A stretch of 15,267 bases of DNA from a virus (taxonomy: Duplodnaviria; Heunggongvirae; Uroviricota; Caudoviricetes), in IMG/VR virus record IMGVR_UViG_648276656_000008; one strand, 5' to 3'. Shown here piece by piece: positions 9,334 to 15,267 of the stretch. The position numbers and the translations under genes are program-made. Position 1 is the first letter of the stretch, and each line of letters opens with the position of its first letter. Below the pieces are notes generated by a model, which was not told the DNA's origin, searched no databases, and saw nothing but the letters and a program-made list of their open reading frames with translations.

Positions 9334-9756
9334 ATGGCAAAAGTATTAACACAGGAAGAGCGAGAAAAAATTAAAGGGCAGATTGTTGATCTCGTACGCC
9401 AGAGTGGGCGCGAGACGTTAAGGCAACTGGAGGCCAAGACAGGGGCGACAAGATATCTGATGAGCATTCTTGCCAGAGAGTTGGTTGCCAGTGGCGATGT
9501 ATACAACTCTGGCTATGGGTTATTTACCTCTGAACAGGCTCGTAAGGACTGGAATAACGCCCGCAAAAAACTATCCAGGGCAAAGGTGAAAAAAACGGTT
9601 GTGGTTGATCCTGACCTTATCTGGTCATTACCAGACGGAGAAATACGCCGATATGACGGGCGTCTGAATATAATCTGTAGCGAGTGCCGTAAGAGCGAAG
9701 TTATGAAGCGTGTACTGATGTTTTATCGAGGAAGTATCCAGGAATTTATTCGGTAA
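9334..9756 (+). CDS. Hypothetical prophage protein (140 aa)
   Basis: Start MAKVLTQEEREKIKG... is preceded by GGGGAGGG. No family recognised. Confidence 0.7.
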   Translation: MAKVLTQEEREKIKGQIVDLVRQSGRETLRQLEAKTGATRYLMSILARELVASGDVYNSGYGLFTSEQARKDWNNARKKLSRAKVKKTVVVDPDLIWSLPDGEIRRYDGRLNIICSECRKSEVMKRVLMFYRGSIQEFIR

Positions 9757-9892
9757 GCAAAATCAAAATGTAATCGCTCAAGTTTAAGTTGGTGTATCTA
9801 CGGCGCAGAGCCATCGCCTCATCTGGCACTGCGCTAAAATCAAATTTAGTTCCACTCTTTATTTTGTATCTGCTAAAACGCTACATAAGATT

Positions 9893-10165
9893 TTACTTTT
9901 TTAAAGAATAAGGGAATATGTGCACCATATTGGAGGCTAGTGGATATATTCCTATGCTACGAGTTGTCTTTTTTAGTTGATCTATGCTTGCTTCTTTATC
10001 GGGAGCCCGGCCTCCCCACACTGTAACTCCCTCAGGTATATCGATTGGGCGACTTTTGTTTTCATCTGTGATTTCAATCGTTTCCCCATTATTAAGCGTA
10101 ATAATCAACGATGACACGTCCAGGTGTTGTGTATTCCCATTTTTATTTTTAATATCTATTTTCAT
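9893..10165 (-). CDS. Hypothetical protein (90 aa), orphan in AT-rich cargo
   Basis: Only sizeable ORF in this AT-rich stretch; a TTATTA-17bp-TATAAT promoter-like element lies immediately upstream on the minus strand, but there is no clear Shine-Dalgarno. Confidence 0.45.
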   Translation of the reverse strand: MKIDIKNKNGNTQHLDVSSLIITLNNGETIEITDENKSRPIDIPEGVTVWGGRAPDKEASIDQLKKTTRSIGIYPLASNMVHIFPYSLKK

Positions 10166-10435
10166 GGCTATTTCATTATATGTTATCTGTGCTGGAGTAA
10201 TAAGTTTACGGTATTAAGAAGCATTTTGACGAAACAATCAACTGACTTATCAGCTAAGGTGGCATTGTAATGCGATCTGATTGGTATCATCAGGACGCTG
10301 TTCAAAAAAGGGGGATTAGTTGATCTTGAAATCTTGCTCAAAATGTGTAGCCTCTCGTTTAACTGCCAACTTTTTGGGGCAGTACACTCTGATGCTACAC
10401 AACTTGCAAGTTTCATTACCCCGACGTAAACATTT

Positions 10436-11104
10436 ATGACAGTTGCTGATTTCAAACGTCCTAAGTTGGAGCTCCCAAACGGGGCAAACAAACTACTATT
10501 ACACTCTTGTTGTGCACCATGTTCCGGTGAAGTGATGGAGGCTCTTCAGGCCTCAGGAATCGACTACACCATCTTCTTCTATAATCCGAACATTCATCCT
10601 CAGAAAGAGTATTTGATTCGTAAGAATGAGAATATTCGATATGCTGAACAACATGGTGTACCGTTTATCGATGCTGATTACGACACTGACAACTGGTTTG
10701 AGCGAGCCAAAGGAATGGAATGGGAGCCCGAACGTGGGAGGCGTTGTACTATGTGTTTTGACATGCGTTTTGAACGGACGGCGCTGTACGCCGCTGAAAA
10801 TGGTTTCAGTGTGATCAGCAGTTCACTGGGCATTTCTCGCTGGAAAAATATGCAGCAGGTTAACGACAGCGGACGGCGAGCTGTCGCACATTATCCGGGC
10901 ATGGTGTACTGGGATTATAACTGGCGCAAGCAGGGAGGCTCGTCCCGCATGATTGAAATCAGCAAACGCGAACAATTCTATCAGCAGGAATATTGTGGTT
11001 GCGTGTATTCACTTCGCGATACCAATTTACACCGCAAATCCCAGGGACGCCCTCTTATCAAAATTGGTCAACTCCACTACGGTAAAGAAGAAGGGCAGGA
11101 ATGA
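10436..11104 (+). CDS. queH: QueH-like epoxyqueuosine reductase (DUF208 family)
   Basis: 222-aa product with the N-terminal [11 protein letters not shown] motif, a central RCTMCF and a C-terminal YCGCVYS cysteine cluster, the pattern I associate with DUF208/QueH. No clear Shine-Dalgarno before ATG 10436. Confidence 0.65.
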   Translation: MTVADFKRPKLELPNGANKLLLHSCCAPCSGEVMEALQASGIDYTIFFYNPNIHPQKEYLIRKNENIRYAEQHGVPFIDADYDTDNWFERAKGMEWEPERGRRCTMCFDMRFERTALYAAENGFSVISSSLGISRWKNMQQVNDSGRRAVAHYPGMVYWDYNWRKQGGSSRMIEISKREQFYQQEYCGCVYSLRDTNLHRKSQGRPLIKIGQLHYGKEEGQE

Positions 11105-11413
11105 TTTTTACATTACGTCAACAGAGTGTCACAACGTTTCTATATATGGTATGCCGACCGTAATTTTCGAATCATCATGACTAATAGGCAGGTCACCTAT
11201 GCCAGCAATGACCTGCTCATCTTGAAATTAGCAGAAATCTTGTAGCTATGATGTAGCTCAAAATAGTTTTTCATTCTTTTACCTGATGTCTGTTCCTGGC
11301 TGAAAACAGACTGTATTATTTAATTACGCACCACTGACACTTGTTTATTGAAGTAGTGAGTACAAAGCCACATATTTATCAGTGTATGTATACGTCAAAA
11401 ACAGGAGATTGTT

Positions 11414-11503
11414 GTGCTGGTTCTGAAGTGTGCGTTAGCAATAGTGGCTGTGGTGGCAATTTATTGCCTTGTTGTTGTTCTTATGGAGCGACTTTCTGAT
11501 TGA
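11414..11503 (+). CDS. Putative small hydrophobic peptide (29 codons, GTG start)
   Basis: AGGAG at 11403-11407, 6 nt before GTG 11414. Product (M)LVLKCALAIVAVVAIYCLVVVLMERLSD is one predicted transmembrane helix with a charged tail. Not in the ORF track. Confidence 0.35.
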   Translation: MLVLKCALAIVAVVAIYCLVVVLMERLSD

Positions 11504-11644
11504 TTACATACTGGCTAAAAAAAGCGTTTGCCTGGTTTATCTTTGTCCGGCAAGGTGCGCTCATTAATCTGAAGTAAATTTATTTCTTAAGTATTCAGAT
11601 TACTTCTTATGGTCGAAGTCTCCTGGCAATGTAGAACCAAAATA

Positions 11645-11686
11645 TTTACAAAAAGGAGACCCGTCGGGGATAGCCCTGCCGGGTCT
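11645..11686 (-). terminator. Intrinsic terminator downstream of the DUF1971 gene (between convergent genes)
   Basis: Stem AGACCCG(11657-11663)/CGGGTCT(11680-11686); on the minus strand it is followed by CTTTTTGT. Confidence 0.5.
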
Positions 11687-11715
11687 GACTGTTAAAGCAT
11701 TTTTAATATGATCAT

Positions 11716-12054
11716 CTATTTTTTGGTGCTATAGACTTTTTCGCCTGAGAAGTCTGGAGCGACCCAAAAGTTAATATTAAACTGAGCATCATCGCTTAGT
11801 TCAACACGGTGCCAGTATTGTGGTGGGCTTGTTGCAAAAGAGCCAGCATTAATAACTACTTTTATCTCTGGTTCAGTAGTATTCTCATCAGCAAAACCAT
11901 AATATGTTACAGTGCCTTCCATTACGCACAACTGCCCAAAAACACCTGCTGCTGTATTATGATGTGTTAATAATGCTGAAGGTACGTTCTCTTTTGTGAA
12001 GAACGGAGTTGAGCGTTTGATTACCCAATCTTTAGGAATTCTCTTGTGTGTCAT
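11716..12054 (-). CDS. DUF1971-family protein (YeaR/TehB-N-terminal-like)
   Basis: 112-aa product MTHKRIPKDWVIKRSTPFFTKE...YYGFADE...FNINFWVAP resembles E. coli YeaR as I recall it. GGAGGTG lies 5 nt upstream of ATG 12054. Confidence 0.65.
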   Translation of the reverse strand: MTHKRIPKDWVIKRSTPFFTKENVPSALLTHHNTAAGVFGQLCVMEGTVTYYGFADENTTEPEIKVVINAGSFATSPPQYWHRVELSDDAQFNINFWVAPDFSGEKVYSTKK

Positions 12055-12705
12055 AACCACCTCCTATAAAACATGCATTATGAATGCTCCTTTTGAGGAG
12101 TTATGTCAAGCTGTTATGAAACACATAATTGATATGTTGATTAGAGGAGTAGATAGAATAAATATGGTTGTTTTTGGTGTAACTACTTGTTTTTCTTTTG
12201 GTTTATGCATTCTGTGTGTTAGGAATAAGTTATTAAAGTTTAATCAAGAAATCTCGATGCATTCCACATAGATTACTGTTACTGAACCTTATTGTGTGCA
12301 TTAGTTGTGTTCTGAAATTTCAGCTTAATTATTTATGATATATTTTTTAACGATAAATGTTTTCCCAGGTGAAAGACAGTTGGGAATAAGATAAGTAATA
12401 TATCATTAATCCTGATTATTCCCAGGTACCTTTACTGTGCATATAAATAAATCATATATGCATCAAATAGTGTAAAGGCATCCTTTTAGATATGTCTTAT
12501 CAAATGTTAATGACTTGAGTGGGAAACATGATTCCAGCAACTTATCATGTGGCTACTTTATAAAAATAATGCCCATATAAAACAACAAGCGAAAAGGATT
12601 ACGGATAAAAAAGGAGCGAGATGTGCAAACTTGTTATTTTCCATGTTTAACCACCTTAAATAATTGATGATGACGGGATGATTGCATCTGTAATGCTTTT
12701 ATTGA

Positions 12706-12740
12706 AATGTTATGATAAAAAAGAACTTTTTCATAACATT
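12706..12740. repeat. 35-bp near-perfect palindrome in ORF-poor AT-rich DNA
   Basis: Arms AATGTTATGA (12706-12715) and TCATAACATT (12731-12740) are perfect reverse complements; the 15-nt centre is itself partly symmetric. Confidence 0.6.
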
Positions 12741-12924
12741 AAAATGTAATTTAGCTAATCGTTTTTAATAATAAGTGTCGTATTTCTATCCTTGTACCAG
12801 CTATTTGATATGTAGTGTTTGTTCATGCTATGTGGGGCTTTACACCATAGCCAGTTTATTTATACTTTATTCGTCAGCCTGAACAACTGGCATCTGCTGC
12901 ACTGCGCCATAGAGAGATTGAGAA

Positions 12925-13524
12925 ATGGCGCATATACAACTGGTCAAACAAACTTCTTCTGGTTTACTTCTCCCGGCGACGCCGGAGAGTTGTGATTTTC
13001 TGCATCAAATTAAAATAGGCGAGTGGATACACGCTGATTTTAAGCGTGTGCGTAACTACGCATTCCACAAGCGTTTTTTCAAACTCCTGCAACTGGGATT
13101 CGATTACTGGACTCCGGTCGGTGGGGCGATCACGCCTCGCGAACGAGAACTGCTGTCTGGTTTCGTTGATTACCTGTGCGAATCAGTTGGTCGGGAACAC
13201 ACGCCAGCCCTGAGTGATGCCGCAGAGCAATATCTGAATACAGTTGCGACACGCAGAACCCGGGATGCGGCATTGCTAAAGTCGTTTGAGGCTTTTCGCG
13301 AGTGGGTAACCATTCAGGCTGGATTTTACACCGAACATTTTTATCCGGACGGTAGCCATGGGCGTCGGGCGAAATCCATCGCTTTTGCGAATATGGACGA
13401 AACCGAGTTTCAGCAGGTTTATAAATCTGTTCTGAATGTGCTGTGGAACTGGATTCTGTTCCGTAAATTTTCCTCTCTGGAACAAGTCGAAAATGTGGCC
13501 GCGCAGCTGCTGGAGTTTGCGTAA
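12925..13524 (+). CDS. DUF1367-like lambdoid nin-region protein (199 aa)
   Basis: Full track ORF MAHIQLVKQTSSGLLLPATPESCDFLHQIKIGEWIHADFKRV...; family assignment is from memory. Its stop overlaps the next start (TAATG). Confidence 0.6.
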   Translation: MAHIQLVKQTSSGLLLPATPESCDFLHQIKIGEWIHADFKRVRNYAFHKRFFKLLQLGFDYWTPVGGAITPRERELLSGFVDYLCESVGREHTPALSDAAEQYLNTVATRRTRDAALLKSFEAFREWVTIQAGFYTEHFYPDGSHGRRAKSIAFANMDETEFQQVYKSVLNVLWNWILFRKFSSLEQVENVAAQLLEFA

Positions 13525-13814
13525 TGGTGGATTTACGTAAAGCGGCGCGGGGGCAGATGTGCACCGTCAGAATTCCTGGCTACTGCAATCACGATCCGGA
13601 AACGTCTGTGCTGGCGCATTACCGACTGGCGGGAACGTGCGGAACAGCGACAAAACCACACGATATGCAGGCGGCGATTGCCTGTAGCTCATGCCACGAT
13701 CTAATCGACGGGCGGGTAAAAACCAGCGATTACACCAAAGAAGAATTACGCCTGATGCATGCAGAAGGTGTTTTTCGCACACAAGAAATCTGGAGAAAGG
13801 AGGGATATTTGTGA
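13524..13814 (+). CDS. YbcO-like protein (DUF1364, putative nuclease)
   Basis: 96-aa product MVDLRKAARGQMCTVRIPGYCNHDPETSVLAHYRLAG...ACSSCHDLIDGR closely resembles DLP12 YbcO as I recall it, with the same length and conserved Cys/His. Confidence 0.75.
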   Translation: MVDLRKAARGQMCTVRIPGYCNHDPETSVLAHYRLAGTCGTATKPHDMQAAIACSSCHDLIDGRVKTSDYTKEELRLMHAEGVFRTQEIWRKEGYL

Positions 13815-14353
13815 TTTACCCAACGAATACAGGAAAAAGCGGAGAACACCTTCGTCTCGCCACGCTGGAAAGTGTCTGGATTCAGGGCAAACTGCGTATG
13901 TGGGGGCGCTGGTCGTATATTGGCGGTGGCAGGTCAGGAAATATGTTCAATCAGTTGTTGGCATCCAAAAAATTGACGAAAACAGCCATCAATGAAGCCC
14001 TGCGCAGAATGAAAAAAGCGGGAATAGAGAAAGCTGAGCTGGAAGCGTTTTTGAGAGAGATGATCAACGGCAAGCAAAAGAGCTGGCTGGCGCATTGTAC
14101 TGATGCAGAGGCGTTATGTATTGATCGAGTCATAAGTGAGGTGCTGGCAGAGCATCCAGGATTGATTAGCGTCCTTCGGCAACGGTATGAGGGGCGGGGG
14201 ATGACCAAACGCAAAATGGCTGAATTGCTAAATGATGCACACCCAGAGTGGTGTTTTAGCACATGCGAAAAGCGAATTGCTAATTGGTTGGCCGTTGCTG
14301 AGTATGCGCTATACATTCCCATGCGAGAATCATTCGCTCAAAAAACGGCTTGA
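13811..14353 (+). CDS. Putative late-gene antiterminator (Q-like), positional call
   Basis: 180 codons from GTG 13811, preceded by AGGAGGG and overlapping the ybcO-like stop (GTGA). Last ORF before a promoter-like region and a strong terminator; contains Cys pairs (HCTDAEALC, WCFSTC). I do not recognise the sequence as a specific Q family. Confidence 0.45.
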   Translation: MIYPTNTGKSGEHLRLATLESVWIQGKLRMWGRWSYIGGGRSGNMFNQLLASKKLTKTAINEALRRMKKAGIEKAELEAFLREMINGKQKSWLAHCTDAEALCIDRVISEVLAEHPGLISVLRQRYEGRGMTKRKMAELLNDAHPEWCFSTCEKRIANWLAVAEYALYIPMRESFAQKTA

Positions 14354-14438
14354 TTTTTTACGCATAAACTGCTTCAATTTTGCTACGCTTCGCAAAGCTG
14401 TATCGCGTGGCGAATCAAGCGCAATTAAACTTTAATAG

Positions 14439-14469
14439 AACCCGCATCGAGCGGGTTTTGTTGTTTTTG
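14439..14469 (+). terminator. Rho-independent terminator (tR'-like) downstream of the Q-like gene
   Basis: Stem AACCCGC/GCGGGTT with loop ATCGA, followed by TTTTGTTGTTTTTG. Confidence 0.65.
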
Positions 14470-14705
14470 TGGTGTGATATAAGAAACGACATTTAATAAT
14501 TGCCTTCAAAATAAATTTGTTTATATATTGTCGCGTATATTTTAAATGAAGGTGAAATGTTCACATAAAATAAAAATACATAAATAAATTTACATAACTT
14601 GACGCAAAGTGTTGTTGCGATTGGAATATTAAATCGTATTATCGAAAACGGTTCTGAGGTGGAACTCTTCTTTGATCGGTGATATCGCTCCCCTGAAGAA
14701 CCAAT

Positions 14706-14781
<76 letters not shown>

Positions 14782-14784
14782 TAT

Positions 14785-14859
<75 letters not shown>

Positions 14860-15226
14860 GCATTTGAAACAAGCCTTATTGTATTGCGGCACTGGCGTAT
14901 TTTTTATTACGTGGGAGCAGGTTGTTTTGGAAAAGCATTCTGTTCTCTGGCTATGATTTGAGGCCAGGTGTAGCCTCAGTGCTGATTTTTTTACGACAGC
15001 AGAATGGTGCATTATCGGTGGAGATTTTGTATTTCCTGGCAGGGTCGGTGATGCATCATTCTGGTGTTGTAAAAGCACCACAGAGGTGTTCCTCAGTGCG
15101 AGGGTGGTTTATATAGTGGTTTAGCGGGGAATCACAATATTTGTTGTAGGGACAGATATTTCGGGAGGCACCCGACACCTCGATTTTTATTACAATTAAA
15201 ATGATTTATCTTATACATTGACCAAA

Positions 15227-15266
15227 CCCCCCCTCTTGCGGGGGTTTTTTTTTTTTTTTTTTTTTT
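15227..15266 (+). terminator. Strong intrinsic terminator with an unusually long T tract
   Basis: C-run 15227-15233, loop TCTTG, G-run 15239-15244, then 22 consecutive T (15245-15266). The window ends one base later. Confidence 0.6.
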
Positions 15267-15267
15267 C

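Noticed and set aside
10254-10324. 17-codon ORF (MRSDWYHQDAVQKRGIS) with AAGGTGG upstream, in the leader of the QueH-like gene
   Set aside because: Could be a regulatory leader peptide, but a single short ORF with no recognisable attenuator structure is too weak to call.
11996-12271. 91-aa plus-strand ORF overlapping the DUF1971 start and promoter
   Set aside because: It overlaps the start of a well-supported minus-strand gene and lies in AT-rich DNA where chance ORFs are common. Only its 35-codon hydrophobic tail (from ATG 12164) is kept as a weak small-ORF candidate.
13691-14353. 220-aa form of the Q-like ORF starting at ATG 13691
   Set aside because: It would overlap the YbcO-like gene by about 120 nt in another frame; the in-frame GTG at 13811 has a strong Shine-Dalgarno and a typical 4-nt stop/start overlap.
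14349-14700. Shiga toxin or other toxin genes downstream of the Q-like gene
   Set aside because: No ORF of suitable size follows the tRNA genes within the window; only non-coding sequence up to the terminal terminator.

Overview
This window reads as the early-left, immunity and replication region of a Rac-like lambdoid prophage of Escherichia coli, followed by a nin/Q-like late-regulatory module and two tRNA genes. The order is recT-recE-racC-ydaE-kilR (minus), sieB (plus), ydaF-ydaG-racR (minus), ydaS-ydaT-ydaU-ydaV (plus), a full-length YdaW-like gene and a 140-aa ORF, then a visibly AT-rich cargo segment (about 9757-12924), then a DUF1367-like gene, a YbcO-like gene, a putative Q-like antiterminator, a tR'-like terminator, tRNA-Thr(UGU) and tRNA-Gly(UCC), and a roughly 400-nt trailer ending in a hairpin plus T22 tract. 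Unlike the degraded K-12 Rac, this copy keeps a late-regulatory module and carries cargo. The most interesting part is the cargo segment: a QueH-like (DUF208) epoxyqueuosine reductase, a 29-codon hydrophobic ORF with a strong Shine-Dalgarno, a convergent DUF1971 (YeaR-like) gene, an orphan 90-aa gene, and about 860 bp of ORF-poor DNA with a 35-bp palindrome. I found no canonical defence system (no large ATPase, nuclease, reverse transcriptase or CRISPR array), so the cargo is best described as an uncharacterised accessory module. All protein identifications are from recognising the translated sequences and gene order; no database search was run and no GC values were computed.
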